Positions 9,721 to 20,653 are shown, counted from the stretch's first letter. The stretch: DNA of 64,000 bases from Bacteroidota bacterium (GCA_016192035.1 JACPUW010000030.1:6322-70321), one strand, 5' to 3'. The notes: generated from the sequence alone by a model not told the origin. A program made the numbers and translations.

Positions 9721-10377
9721 CTAGTAAATGATCTCTTCTAGGGTGCTGCCCGCTTCCTGTTCATACAATTCCCAGTATTTCTGTGCTATAGACGCAGGAT
9801 TGTACTTGGGGTCACTTGCGTTTACATAGCCGCAAACGGTGAGCTGGGCCACATGTACCCCGGTTCCCGCAGCCTTTTTGGCGGCAGCCTGAACCAAGTT
9901 GCGCAAGGCTGCCTTGCCCACGCTAAGGGTTGTCCATTGGGGGTCGCCGCTTAGGGCAAACCCACCGCCCGTAAAGAACAGCTTGCCGCTGCCCTGCTCC
10001 AGGTATTTGGGCAACATATACTTAATAAGGTGAAAGGCACCGCCCAGATTGGTTTCCAGGGTGCGCTGAAACAAGAGCCAATCTTGGTCCAAGAGATCCT
10101 TAACGTCCACCGCAGCGGCATTAAATAGCACCATCTTGGGCAATGGGCCGCCTGCTATTAGGGTTTCCATACCCAGACTGAGCGAATGCGGATCGGACAC
10201 GCTCCCTGCGGCGGTGGCACAGGGTATGCCTTCCATTTCCAGTTGGTTGCGCATTTGCTGGAGCTTACCTGCCGAACGCGCCAACAGCCCCACCGCAAAT
10301 CCTTGTTTGCCAAAATGACGGGCCACGCCCATGGAAATCCCTGGCCCGGCTCCCAAAATCACAATTTGCCTGCTCAT
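9721..10377 (-). CDS. Short-chain dehydrogenase (atypical SDR)
   Basis: ILGAGPGIS, FNAA, FTGGG, GKAALRNL. Confidence 0.88.
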   Translation of the reverse strand: MSRQIVILGAGPGISMGVARHFGKQGFAVGLLARSAGKLQQMRNQLEMEGIPCATAAGSVSDPHSLSLGMETLIAGGPLPKMVLFNAAAVDVKDLLDQDWLLFQRTLETNLGGAFHLIKYMLPKYLEQGSGKLFFTGGGFALSGDPQWTTLSVGKAALRNLVQAAAKKAAGTGVHVAQLTVCGYVNASDPKYNPASIAQKYWELYEQEAGSTLEEIIY

Positions 10378-10643
10378 ACACACGGTTTTTGGGGCACAAT
10401 TTACCTTGCGCCTTTTTATAGCGCGGCACTGGGCAGTTCCCACATGGGGCCATTTGGTTGAAAATGGGTGCAAGTGTAAGTATGCCACCTTTATAGCTTT
10501 TGGTTTTATAGGCCTAAATGGGCCAATGCGGTCATTGGGGCGGTTGGCTCCTTAGCACATGGCCTTTAGGTGGGCGGCCTATTTTTGTCCACCAACAAAA
10601 CCATCATAGGGACTACCCAAGTAGATACCCCAAGAATGTTAAA

Positions 10644-11000
10644 ATGCCAGATTTTCTCTTCAATAATAAGCGGTACTATAATCCAGTGGAATTTGCCATG
10701 GATAGGATAGGGGGTACTTGGAAAATGCCCATACTGTGGCGGTTAAAGGATAGGGTGATGCGCTTTGGGGAGCTTATGAAAGACATACCCCATATCACCC
10801 ATAAAATGCTCACATCACAACTAAGGGAACTTGAAGCCGAAGGGTTTGTGGAGCGAAGGGTGTATGCGGTGGTGCCACCAAAGGTGGAATACTCCATAAC
10901 GCCACGGGGGCTTAGGGCAGTAGAAATAGTGGACGTGATAAGACGGTACGGCCTGGAACTCATGGTAGAATACGGAATTGCCCCTAAAGGGCAGCCTTAG
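10644..11000 (+). CDS. HxlR-family winged-helix regulator
   Basis: IGGTWKMPILW, KMLTSQLRELE, VPPKVEYS; divergent from the SDR. Confidence 0.92.
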   Translation: MPDFLFNNKRYYNPVEFAMDRIGGTWKMPILWRLKDRVMRFGELMKDIPHITHKMLTSQLRELEAEGFVERRVYAVVPPKVEYSITPRGLRAVEIVDVIRRYGLELMVEYGIAPKGQP

Positions 11001-11013
11001 GAACCGGCCGCGC

Positions 11014-11574
11014 TCACAGGTTTTGTTTAAATATTTTCACCGCTATGGAAAGCAGGATGATGCCAAAAACCTTGCGCAGTACCGTAAACCCATTTTTGCC
11101 CAGTATGCGCTCCAACCAATTGCTGGCCCTGAGCACCAGATACACCACTATCAAGTTGAGCACTATGCCTATCAAAATATTGGGCACGGTATAGATAGCC
11201 CTGAGCGACAGGATGGTGGTTAGGGTGCCTGCCCCTGCTATGAGCGGAAAAGCCAGGGGTACAATTGAGCCACTCTTGCTGCTGGGTTCTTCTTTGAAAA
11301 AACTCATGCCAAGCACCATTTCCATGGCTATGATGAATATAACTATGGCTCCCGCTACTGCAAAGGATTCAATGTCAATAGAAAACAATTTTAGAATAGA
11401 TTGTCCCACAAACAAGAATACCACCATGATGGCGCCAGAGATTACGGTAGCCAACCCACTCTGTATATGCCCCATTTTCTTCCTAAGGTCTATTACTATG
11501 GGTATGGACCCCAGTATATCAATGATGGAAAAAAGGATGAGTGTAACTGAGAGTATTTCCTTGAAGCTAAACAT
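11014..11574 (-). CDS. MarC family membrane protein
   Basis: IVPLAFPLIAGAG, 6 TM; TACCTTTG -7 element at 11595-11602. Confidence 0.92.
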   Translation of the reverse strand: MFSFKEILSVTLILFSIIDILGSIPIVIDLRKKMGHIQSGLATVISGAIMVVFLFVGQSILKLFSIDIESFAVAGAIVIFIIAMEMVLGMSFFKEEPSSKSGSIVPLAFPLIAGAGTLTTILSLRAIYTVPNILIGIVLNLIVVYLVLRASNWLERILGKNGFTVLRKVFGIILLSIAVKIFKQNL

Positions 11575-11628
11575 GTAGAGGCCTTTGGGCACCGCAAAGG
11601 TAGGCACCTGGTGGGGGTGCCCACCCCC

Positions 11629-12102
11629 CTATTTTGGGTAAACCAGGTGCATGATCTCTGGGGGAAGGAATTGGCCCACATTGGCGCGGTTGCGTATGAG
11701 CTCGCGCACTATGGTGGAGCTGATGTTGGAAACACTTGGCGAGGAAAACAGCAGCATGGTCTCGGCCTCTGGATAGAGCATTTTATTGGTTTCTGCTATG
11801 GCCCGTTCATACTCCATATCGGTGGTTGACCGCACTCCCCTTATGATGATGCGGCAGCCCAATTCACGGCATAGATCAACCGTTAACCGATTGAATGACA
11901 CTACTTCCACCTTTTCGTTATGCGCATAAATGGCCTGGAGCATGGCCATGCGCTGGGGTAGTGTATAGAGGTATTGTTTGCTGGTATTGGTGCCCACGCC
12001 AATATATATTTTGTCGAAAAAGGGCACACAGCGGGCTATTACATCGGTATGGCCCAGGGTAATGGGGTCAAAAGAACCCGGGTACAAGGCGTATTCGGTC
12101 AT
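11629..12102 (-). CDS. coaD: Pantetheine-phosphate adenylyltransferase
   Basis: YPGSFDPITLGH, IIRGVR, ISSTIVRE. Confidence 0.95.
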   Translation of the reverse strand: MTEYALYPGSFDPITLGHTDVIARCVPFFDKIYIGVGTNTSKQYLYTLPQRMAMLQAIYAHNEKVEVVSFNRLTVDLCRELGCRIIIRGVRSTTDMEYERAIAETNKMLYPEAETMLLFSSPSVSNISSTIVRELIRNRANVGQFLPPEIMHLVYPK

Positions 12103-12114
12103 TAGTGTCGGTTT

Positions 12115-13275
12115 TTATTCAATAATACCATGTTGGGCGGCCACATCCATGAGGGCCTGCCAGGTGCGCCCGGCTGTTAGGCCCCAGCCAAACTGTTGGG
12201 AAGTGCCTTCGCACTCCGCTTGCAGTTTTGCCCTTATCTGGGGAATGGTGGTGGTGCGCACCAGGGCATTGGCTATATGGTCCACGCTAAAGGGGTCCAC
12301 CACCAGAGCGGCATTTCCACCCACCTCGTGCAGGGCCGAGCCACCGGCTACTATGGCCGGCACCCCGCATTTGAGCGATTCAAGTACCGGAATACCGAAT
12401 CCCTCCAGGTATGACACATTGATATGAAAGTATGCCGATGCCATCACCCTGGCCAAATCCAAGTTGGCCAGCCGCCCGGTAAACTGGACCATGTGACTAG
12501 GAAACCCAGGTGCGGAGTAGGTGGCTTTCATCTGGGCAGTGCCCCAGGCCATGCGCCCCACTATGAGCAATTTGTAGGCTGTGTGGTGGCCCTCATTGGT
12601 CATTTGGCGGTAGTAAGCATGATACGCCTGCAGCAGCCTCACTATGTTTTTGCGGTGGTGTAGGGCACCTACGTACAGGTAGTATGGTTGTCCTTGCGAC
12701 CAAATTCGGCGCACTTCAGCTATACCGGTTTCATCCAGGGGTTTATATCTTTCATTGGCAGCGTTATGCACCACGGTTATCTTATGGTAGGGCAGCCGGT
12801 ACCTTTCCATTATGTCCTTTTTGCTAAACTCCGAAACGGTAAGCAACTGGGCAGCCCTGGCGGCATAGCGCGGAAAAAAATTGCGGTAGTGCCTGGCACT
12901 GGCCCACCCCACGTCGCCGGGGTAATGTTCAAATGCCAGGTCGTGAAAAACAGGAACTTGTGGAAGACGGGCCCTTAGGCTTAGGTATCCGTCGGGAGAA
13001 AAGAACAAATCGGCACCACACCGGCGCAACACCTGTGGCAAGCGCCCTTCAAACCAAACCAGGTACAGCAAAGGATGCCGCGCTGGTGGGAATACCTGTA
13101 TGGGTTCTACGTTTGGCGCATAGATAAATGAGGGGTGCCATGGCCGGTCAAAAAGGAAAATAAACTGGTGTTCGGGGTGGGCCAGTACCATGTGCCGCAG
13201 CACTTCATGGGTAAAAGTGCCAATGCCTTCCAGTCGGTTGTGGAGAAGAAAACGGGTATTTACCGCTATGCGCAT
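12115..13275 (-). CDS. GT4 family glycosyltransferase
   Basis: MRIAVNTRFL, HDLAF, RKNI, EGFGIPVLE. Confidence 0.92.
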   Translation of the reverse strand: MRIAVNTRFLLHNRLEGIGTFTHEVLRHMVLAHPEHQFIFLFDRPWHPSFIYAPNVEPIQVFPPARHPLLYLVWFEGRLPQVLRRCGADLFFSPDGYLSLRARLPQVPVFHDLAFEHYPGDVGWASARHYRNFFPRYAARAAQLLTVSEFSKKDIMERYRLPYHKITVVHNAANERYKPLDETGIAEVRRIWSQGQPYYLYVGALHHRKNIVRLLQAYHAYYRQMTNEGHHTAYKLLIVGRMAWGTAQMKATYSAPGFPSHMVQFTGRLANLDLARVMASAYFHINVSYLEGFGIPVLESLKCGVPAIVAGGSALHEVGGNAALVVDPFSVDHIANALVRTTTIPQIRAKLQAECEGTSQQFGWGLTAGRTWQALMDVAAQHGIIE

Positions 13276-13319
13276 GAACTAGGGCACGGTGAAAAGCCAA
13301 TACTTTTGACGGGCGCAAG

Positions 13320-14768
13320 ATGCTGAATAAATTCCTTAAGGGCCTTTCCCTGCTCTTACTGCTCAACCTGTTGGTAAAGCCGTTTTGGGTGTTATTTATA
13401 GACCGGCTGGTGCAAGAGCAGGTGGGCAACGTGGCTTTTGGCATGTACCAAACCTTTGCCTCATTTACCCTCATACTGGGCATTATTCTGGATCCTGGTT
13501 TGAAGAATAGGTATAACACACAGGTAGCCAAGGACAATTCTTCGTTTTCTGCCCTTTCGGGCGACTATCTTATACTCAAGTTGGGGCTGGGTTTTGTGTT
13601 TTTCTTGGCCATAGGGGCGGTGGCTTTTGGTTTTGAACAGTACCAAGCCCACTGGCGGTTGTTTTTGTTATTGGCATTCAACCAGTTTCTGCTTTCGGTA
13701 TTGCTTTTTATGCGGGCGGCACTCACCGGTCTGGGCCATTATTCCCGCGATAGCATGATGTCGGTAGTTGACCGGTTGGCCATGATAGCGCTTTCGCTGC
13801 CCTTGTTTTTTGGACCGCACTTCAAGCACCTGCGCACGGTAGAAACTTTTGCCCTGGTGCATACGGCGGGCTATGTGATAGGTATCGTAGTGTGCGTGGC
13901 CATGATTGGCAAACCATTGTTTGCCATTAAGCTGCGGTTTAGACCTTTCCATTTAAAGGACATCTTGCGGCGATCGTTTCCCTTTGCCTTGTTTACCGGC
14001 CTCATGGCCTTGTATATTTATGTGGATTTTATTATGATAGAGCGGCTTATGCCCAATGGTTTTGAACACGCGGGCCGTTACCGCAAGGCATATCGGTTTC
14101 TGGAGGCCGCCAGTATGTATGGATTGCTTTTTGGCAACTTGTTGCTGCCGGTCTTTAGCGCCTTACTAGCCAATAAGGTTATGTTCAACAGGCTGGTTAT
14201 CATGGTGTTTAAGATATTTGTCTTGCCCGCTTTTATGGTGGCCGTCGTATGTGTCTTGTACAGAAATGAGCTAATGGATCTGGCCTATCCTGGTGAAGTG
14301 GCCGTAGTGGCCAATACTTTTGGGGTGCTCATGGTGGATTTTGTGTCCATTTGCCTGTTTTACCTTTTTGGCACCGCGCTCACCGCCCTTCATCATATGG
14401 CATGGCTCAACAGGCTGGCGGCGGCCGGAGTAGTTATTAATTTGGTGGTCAACATGATTTTAATACCCAGAATGGGTATTCTGGGAGCGGCGGTAGCCAC
14501 CCTATGTACCCATGGGGCCGTGGGGCTGGGCCAGGCGTACATTACATTGGTAAGTTGCGGTATAAAGCCTAAATGGCATCAGGCCTTGAGGATCCTGGGC
14601 TTTATAGGCGGTTCTGTAGCGGCGTGTATAGCGCTCACATATACGCCCATACATTGGTCAGCCCAACTGGTAGCGGGTTTGACCCTTAGTTTTACATTTG
14701 CCCTCTTTTTTAAGGTCTTCTCCCTTAGAGAAATTGCATTAATATTAAATAAGAGCCCCAATGAGTGA
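13320..14768 (+). CDS. Wzx-like oligosaccharide flippase
   Basis: LNLLVKPFWV N-terminus, 12-14 TM, IPRMGILGAAVAT. Confidence 0.85.
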   Translation: MLNKFLKGLSLLLLLNLLVKPFWVLFIDRLVQEQVGNVAFGMYQTFASFTLILGIILDPGLKNRYNTQVAKDNSSFSALSGDYLILKLGLGFVFFLAIGAVAFGFEQYQAHWRLFLLLAFNQFLLSVLLFMRAALTGLGHYSRDSMMSVVDRLAMIALSLPLFFGPHFKHLRTVETFALVHTAGYVIGIVVCVAMIGKPLFAIKLRFRPFHLKDILRRSFPFALFTGLMALYIYVDFIMIERLMPNGFEHAGRYRKAYRFLEAASMYGLLFGNLLLPVFSALLANKVMFNRLVIMVFKIFVLPAFMVAVVCVLYRNELMDLAYPGEVAVVANTFGVLMVDFVSICLFYLFGTALTALHHMAWLNRLAAAGVVINLVVNMILIPRMGILGAAVATLCTHGAVGLGQAYITLVSCGIKPKWHQALRILGFIGGSVAACIALTYTPIHWSAQLVAGLTLSFTFALFFKVFSLREIALILNKSPNE

Positions 14769-15849
14769 TACCGCCCACCGCGAGGACGCCAGTTTTTTGT
14801 TGCTGGTGAAACATATATTGAAATGGCGGGTGCCCATAGCAGGCATTTCTGGCTTGGCTTGCATTATGGCCATTGTATTGACCATGCCCTATTTCTATCC
14901 TCCCAAATTTGAGTCAAAGGGTATTTTTTATCCCACATCTTCCACGTCTATTTCTAAGGCATTGTTGGCCAATGATCTATCAGGCCAGCAAGATGCCCTT
15001 AAGTTTGGTGAGGAAGAAGAAACGGAGCAACTCATGCAGATACTGGAAAGTGATGCCATAGCCAATAGGATAGTAAGCAAGTACAATCTCTTGCGCAGGT
15101 ACCGCATAGCAAAATCAACCCGCTACCGCTATACCGACCTATATAAAAAGTACTTTGCCAATGTGCATGTTAGGCGAAACCAACACATGGCCATAGAAGT
15201 GTCGGTACTTGATGAAGATCCCGATACCGCAGCGCTTATGTGCCGTGACATTATGGATTTGATGGACAGTGTGAAGACCTCCATTTTTAACCAAAGGGCC
15301 TATGATGCCCTACGGATAGTAGAGGGGCAATACAAGGCCAAGGAGCAAGAAATCAGATTGTTGGAAAACCAACTTGCTGAGTTTGGCCAAAAAGGCATAA
15401 TCAACTATGAAGAACAGGCCGCTTCGGTGAGCGACGCGCTAGACAAGGCTAAGGCCGACTACTACGCCTCACTGGCTGCTGCCCGGGGCAATGTGGCCGA
15501 TGCCAAGGTAAAGGTGATGCGCGAGAGGCTGGATGACGTGAAAGCCGACTACGACAACCTGGGTAAGTATGGGGGCGCCTGGCTTACCGTAAAAGAAGGT
15601 TTAGTGCTTGAATTGGAGCAATTTAAATTGCTAAAAGAAAAATACGAGCAGGCAAAAGTGGATGTGGAGCAAACCCTTACCTATAAGTATGTAACCAACT
15701 ACCCTTCGCCTGCCGAAAAGAAGACTAAACCATTGAGGTCTATGATCGTAGCGGTGGGCACCATAAGCGCATTTTTTATTAGCGCATTGATTTTCATTTT
15801 AATAGAGATATATAGACGCAACAAGGTATGGTTGTTATCAAAGGACTAA
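14761..15849 (+). CDS. Wzz/polysaccharide co-polymerase-like protein
   Basis: N- and C-terminal TM, coiled-coil periplasmic region, PAEKKTKP before TM2. Confidence 0.82.
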   Translation: MSDTAHREDASFLLLVKHILKWRVPIAGISGLACIMAIVLTMPYFYPPKFESKGIFYPTSSTSISKALLANDLSGQQDALKFGEEEETEQLMQILESDAIANRIVSKYNLLRRYRIAKSTRYRYTDLYKKYFANVHVRRNQHMAIEVSVLDEDPDTAALMCRDIMDLMDSVKTSIFNQRAYDALRIVEGQYKAKEQEIRLLENQLAEFGQKGIINYEEQAASVSDALDKAKADYYASLAAARGNVADAKVKVMRERLDDVKADYDNLGKYGGAWLTVKEGLVLELEQFKLLKEKYEQAKVDVEQTLTYKYVTNYPSPAEKKTKPLRSMIVAVGTISAFFISALIFILIEIYRRNKVWLLSKD

Positions 15850-15861
15850 AACAATAGCAGG

Positions 15862-16929
15862 ATGGACAAAAACCCCCTTGGATTGGTATATGCGTTTATG
15901 TGGGCCCATACCCGGTTATTGGTCATGGTGTTTGCGGCAACCGTATTGCTCACCTATCTTTCACTTTGGATATTTGTTGCGCCTAAGTACCTCTCGCAGG
16001 CGGTGATATATCCTGCCAACCTGCACCCCATGAGCAGCGAAGACCCTACCGAACAGGCACTGCAGGTCATGGCCTCTACCGACATCAAATGGAAAATCAT
16101 TGACTCCTTTCAGTTGGCAGTGCACTATGGGTTTAGGGAAGGTCATATAGATTACCATGCGCTGTCTAAAATGTTTGACTCCCGCATCACAGCTGAGCGC
16201 ACGGCCTATTCGTCCATACTTATTTCGGTGCTTGACAAGGATAATGCCCTTGCTGCCCAATTGGCCAATGCAATGGTGGACATGCTAAACAAAAAGATGC
16301 TGCAAATGCGGCGGGAAAAGCACTTGGAATGGGCAGGGACGGCGCAGAAGAAGTACCAAGATAAGTTGGCAGCCATAGCGCTGGTAGAAAAGGAGATAGA
16401 AACCCTGAAAAGGGATAACGGGATAGTGAATGCCGAGGAACAGTCGGCCATCATAGCCAAGAAAATGCAGGAAGCCCAGGACCGTTATTCAGATGCGGTG
16501 GCCAAAGTAGCGGTTTTTACCGGTTTGAGCGGTTCGTATCGCGATTCGTTGCGCAAATACGAAATGGTAAAAAGAACGATCGAGCCAAGGATCAAGGAAC
16601 TCTCAGACGTGCGCGAACGGCTCATAGCCGCCGGCGACCGCATTACCGGGCTTAAAGAGTATTTGGCATACGAAAGGGAAAACCTGGCCGAGTATAAAAA
16701 GGAGTGGGATGAGGCCGACATAGGTGCCAAACGAAAGATCACCTACAGTTTTGTGGTATCACCCGCTGGTGTGTCCTATTCGCCCAGTCACCCCAAGAAA
16801 ACCATCATTTCACTCGTCACGGGTATATCAGTGCTGGTTTTTTTGGCATTCTTACTGGCCATACGCCAGCAAATGCGCTTAGTGACAACTTATGACAACA
16901 AAAGCCCAACATCTGCCACCGCTGAATAA
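15862..16929 (+). CDS. Second Wzz-like protein
   Basis: PKYLSQAVIYP, coiled coil, PSHPKK before C-terminal TM. Confidence 0.8.
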   Translation: MDKNPLGLVYAFMWAHTRLLVMVFAATVLLTYLSLWIFVAPKYLSQAVIYPANLHPMSSEDPTEQALQVMASTDIKWKIIDSFQLAVHYGFREGHIDYHALSKMFDSRITAERTAYSSILISVLDKDNALAAQLANAMVDMLNKKMLQMRREKHLEWAGTAQKKYQDKLAAIALVEKEIETLKRDNGIVNAEEQSAIIAKKMQEAQDRYSDAVAKVAVFTGLSGSYRDSLRKYEMVKRTIEPRIKELSDVRERLIAAGDRITGLKEYLAYERENLAEYKKEWDEADIGAKRKITYSFVVSPAGVSYSPSHPKKTIISLVTGISVLVFLAFLLAIRQQMRLVTTYDNKSPTSATAE

Positions 16930-18397
16930 GCGGCACACCATTGGGGCACTAGCAGTAATGGCCGTGTACACGGTGCTTTGCCCGCTGCTTTTGGCCCACG
17001 ACCAGTGGTGGTTTGCCTTGGTTCCGCTGGCACTGGGCATGTTGGCCTTTTTGCTGCTTAAACCGGTGTCTTTTTGGTTTTTACTGGTTTTCCTCACCCC
17101 CTTTTCCCTTCAAGTTGACATTCCGGGTTTTGACTCAAAGCTGGCCATGCCGGTCGAACCCTTTGTCATCATTTTCATGGCATTGCTCATAATGAAATTC
17201 TTGCTGGAAGACCAATTGGACATGCGCGTGGTGAGGCATCCCATCACCATCATCATTGCCATGCACCTGGCATGGATGGCCTTGAGTACCTGTTTTAGTT
17301 CCATGCCCATTGTTTCTTTAAAGTACTTCTTGTCGAGGCTCTGGTTTGTGGTAGTCTTTTATTTTTTTGGTTTACAAGTGTTTAAGAAAATTGATAGAAT
17401 TGATAAATTCAATTGGTCTTACATTTTGGGAACCAGCGTATTAATTATCTATACCTTGGTGCGGCACAGCAAGGGATATTTTTCCCACGAGTATTCGTAT
17501 AAGGCGGCTTTGCCTTTTTTTTCGGACCACAACATTTATGCGGTAGTGATCGCATTTTTTGTTCCCACCACAATTATTTATGCGTTAAAAACCAAGGTTT
17601 TGGGCCAAAGCACAGTACGGGGAATGTTGTTTTGGGTGCTGGCAGGCTTGTTTGCCGTGGGCGTAATAGCCTCCTATACCCGGGCAGCTTGGGTGAGCCT
17701 GGCCGTGGCATTGCTCATGTATTTTTTGCTATTGTTAAAAATCAAGCTGCGAACGCTGCTGTGCTCAGCAGTCCTGCTAGGTGGTGGTTTGGCCCTTACT
17801 TGGAATGACATAGTGCTCTATATGAGCAAGAACAAAGTGGAGAGTGACAGCAAGCTGGACGCACATGTGAAGAGTATATACAATGTGACCACTGATGACA
17901 GCAATACCGAAAGGATAAACCGGTGGAGCGCAGCGCTGCGCATGTTTATGGAAAAACCTGTTTTTGGCTTTGGCCCCAATACCTATCAGTTCCAATACGG
18001 GCCTTATCAATTGAGCCGGCAGAAAACCAAGATCAGCACCAACCTGGGCCTGCTGGGCAATGCCCACAGCGAATACATAGGCCCGCTGGCCGAACAGGGT
18101 TTATTGGGGGGCTTGCTAGTTATTGCCCTCATGCTGGCCGTGGTACACCGGGCCATGCAATTGTACTACACTGACACAAATCCTAGAGTTAAGTATTTGG
18201 CATTGATGGTGCTGCTCAGTATGGTGAGCTATTATGCCCACGGTTTGCTCAACAATTACCTGGACGTGGACAAGGCCAATGTGCTGTTCTGGGCTTCCAT
18301 AGCCGTCATCACGGCACTTGATGTGTACCACCGTCAAGATGCAGGCACTACGGCGGCCGATCCTACAGCGGGAGAAACCCTAAATAGTCCTGAATAA
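16892..18397 (+). CDS. O-antigen ligase/polymerase family protein
   Basis: SYTRAAW, SNTERINRW, GFGPNTY, NAHSEY, multiple TM. Confidence 0.88.
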   Translation: MTTKAQHLPPLNKRHTIGALAVMAVYTVLCPLLLAHDQWWFALVPLALGMLAFLLLKPVSFWFLLVFLTPFSLQVDIPGFDSKLAMPVEPFVIIFMALLIMKFLLEDQLDMRVVRHPITIIIAMHLAWMALSTCFSSMPIVSLKYFLSRLWFVVVFYFFGLQVFKKIDRIDKFNWSYILGTSVLIIYTLVRHSKGYFSHEYSYKAALPFFSDHNIYAVVIAFFVPTTIIYALKTKVLGQSTVRGMLFWVLAGLFAVGVIASYTRAAWVSLAVALLMYFLLLLKIKLRTLLCSAVLLGGGLALTWNDIVLYMSKNKVESDSKLDAHVKSIYNVTTDDSNTERINRWSAALRMFMEKPVFGFGPNTYQFQYGPYQLSRQKTKISTNLGLLGNAHSEYIGPLAEQGLLGGLLVIALMLAVVHRAMQLYYTDTNPRVKYLALMVLLSMVSYYAHGLLNNYLDVDKANVLFWASIAVITALDVYHRQDAGTTAADPTAGETLNSPE

Positions 18398-18419
18398 ATG
18401 AACCGGTCGCTATAAGGAG

Positions 18420-19901
18420 ATGAAAAGAGCGGAAAAGGATGTCCGGGACTATGTTTTTCATATCCTACTATCCAAACCTTGGTTGGGCGCGGGTTTGTTG
18501 GTGCTGGTAAACTTACTTTTTCGTTTGCCCGAAACCGGTACACCGAGCATTTGGCTTGATGAGGCACAGACCATGTACCAGGTGCAGAGGGATATAGCAT
18601 CTATACTGGAAGACTATGTAAAACAGCAACAAAACGCGCCGCTCTATTTCATCCTTGTACATGTCTGGGTTAAGTTGTTTGGGGTTAGCGTGTTTGCCGT
18701 ACGCCTGTTTTCGGTGTTGTGCATGGCACTGGCCGGAGGGGTACTCTATGTGTTCGCCAGGAGGCTTCACTCCCTGGGGTTTGCCCTTGGTGTGTCGTTG
18801 TTGTTTTTGGGAGTCAATGATTTTATGTTTTTTGCCCATGAAGCCAGGGGCTACGCATGTATTGGATTTGAGGCGGTATTGAGTTATTTCTTTTTTTATC
18901 AACTACTTACCCGTCCCAAATGGACATACGCCCTGGCACTTGGACTGGCCAACCTGGCCTTGCTCTACACACATTACCTTACCGTATATCTGTTGCTTGC
19001 CCAGGGTGTTGTCACCATCTATTGGTGGTTACTGGCCAAAGACCGGAAATCGTTTAAGCTCTATGTCTTGGCACATGTAGGAGTAGTGTTGCTGTTTCTT
19101 CCCTGGCTGAGCGTCGTTATGTCGGTTATGCCCGAGAAAGGGAATTTTTGGATACCTGAATCCAGTTGGGGCCAGCTACAAAACGTATATTACTATTTGA
19201 TAAAGGGTAGGCACCGCACGTATTGGGTCTTTGGTTTTTTGGCGCTGTCGGTCCTATGGTGGCTATGGAAAGGGAGGACCAAGGCCCCTGAGGAGCGACT
19301 CGCCTATACAATGTTGTTTCTATGGGCATTTTTTCCTGTATTGACCAATTACTTCGTGGGCTTTAAGGTGCCGGTGTTTTTGGCCAAATACACCTTCTAC
19401 GCATCCATGGGTTTCCTCATGTTTTTTGCTTATAGCATGATGTCAATGCCCCTGCCGCGCTGGGTGATTGCCCTCCTTTTTGGGTGTTGTATCTTTTATA
19501 ATTTTAAGTCACTACATTTTTATTCCGCAAAGGAAGAAGATTGGAAATCGGCCATAGAGTATGTTAAGGAGAAACACCAACCGTCAGAGACACTGGTATT
19601 TGCCCAACGCAGCTATGTATATAAAGCCTTCTATGTGTACTATGACCCTATAGCTTTTGCCTCCACGCCCAACATACCTCACCATGCCCGCAGCAAACAG
19701 ATTTTTTTTGGAGACTCAGTCAGCGAAATGGAAAAGGCCATTGAAGAGGTGCAACCCAAACGGGTGGTGTATTTGAGGTCACATTGGATTAGGGAGCCAG
19801 AGGGCGACCCCATAGAGAACTACCTAAAGGGCCAGGGTGAGCTGGTGTCACAACTTGAGGATCCCACTAAGGTTGAGGTATTTGAGTATGTCCTGCCCTA
19901 G
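18420..19901 (+). CDS. GT39/ArnT-like (GT-C) membrane glycosyltransferase
   Basis: SIWLDEA, PLYFIL, EARGY, LYTHY. Confidence 0.85.
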   Translation: MKRAEKDVRDYVFHILLSKPWLGAGLLVLVNLLFRLPETGTPSIWLDEAQTMYQVQRDIASILEDYVKQQQNAPLYFILVHVWVKLFGVSVFAVRLFSVLCMALAGGVLYVFARRLHSLGFALGVSLLFLGVNDFMFFAHEARGYACIGFEAVLSYFFFYQLLTRPKWTYALALGLANLALLYTHYLTVYLLLAQGVVTIYWWLLAKDRKSFKLYVLAHVGVVLLFLPWLSVVMSVMPEKGNFWIPESSWGQLQNVYYYLIKGRHRTYWVFGFLALSVLWWLWKGRTKAPEERLAYTMLFLWAFFPVLTNYFVGFKVPVFLAKYTFYASMGFLMFFAYSMMSMPLPRWVIALLFGCCIFYNFKSLHFYSAKEEDWKSAIEYVKEKHQPSETLVFAQRSYVYKAFYVYYDPIAFASTPNIPHHARSKQIFFGDSVSEMEKAIEEVQPKRVVYLRSHWIREPEGDPIENYLKGQGELVSQLEDPTKVEVFEYVLP

Positions 19902-19902
19902 C

Positions 19903-20466
19903 TCAGTTCCAATCGGGTTTTTTTGGGCTCTTGGCCAGTAGCGCGTACCTGCCTCCTTTTTTGCGTAGGGCTTCCTCCCATATGCTCACCTCTTGAGGGC
20001 TAAAAATTAGTTCATCCATGCCGCGAAGCACTATCCAACTGCCCTGCGCCATTTCTTCATCAAGTTGTCCTGCTTCCCAGCCGGAGTATCCCAAAAACAG
20101 CTTCAGGTCGCGGTGATCGGCGTTTTTGTTGATAAGCAAGTATTTGATTTGCTCAAAATCGCCACCCCAATAGGTGTGCCGGGCTATAAACCGGCTGTCC
20201 CGTACGTGGTCGCCCAATTGGTGCAACACATATAGCGTGTCACTGCCCACTGGCCCACCGGCATATAGGGGGAAATCCAGTTCCTCGGTTTGTTCGGTGT
20301 GGATCACATCTTTGAGCGATAGCCCCAGCGGCTGGTTCACCACAAATCCGATACTCCCATTAGGGCCGTGTTCGGCTAGGTAAACTACAGACCGATAAAA
20401 GTTTGTGTCGGGCAGAAAGGGCTCTGCCAGTATAAAGTCGCCCGATTTGACCCTGTAGGTACTCAT
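19903..20466 (-). CDS. YqgE/AlgH family protein
   Basis: GFVVNQP, GGPV, LGYSGWEAGQLDEE. Confidence 0.93.
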   Translation of the reverse strand: MSTYRVKSGDFILAEPFLPDTNFYRSVVYLAEHGPNGSIGFVVNQPLGLSLKDVIHTEQTEELDFPLYAGGPVGSDTLYVLHQLGDHVRDSRFIARHTYWGGDFEQIKYLLINKNADHRDLKLFLGYSGWEAGQLDEEMAQGSWIVLRGMDELIFSPQEVSIWEEALRKKGGRYALLAKSPKKPDWN

Positions 20467-20653
20467 TGGAGGTTGGCCTGCAAAAGAAAGAAGAAAGTGG
20501 CCATGTAGGTTCCTTGCAATGGGAATTTTTTTACCGATGGTTTTCCGGGCCAACCATTGGACCGGTGCTCAAGCCTGAGTAGCTTCATGCGCATCAGGGC
20601 CTGGCAAATTGGGTTTGAAATACAGGTAGTTGTGCAAATGCCCGAAAAACACT

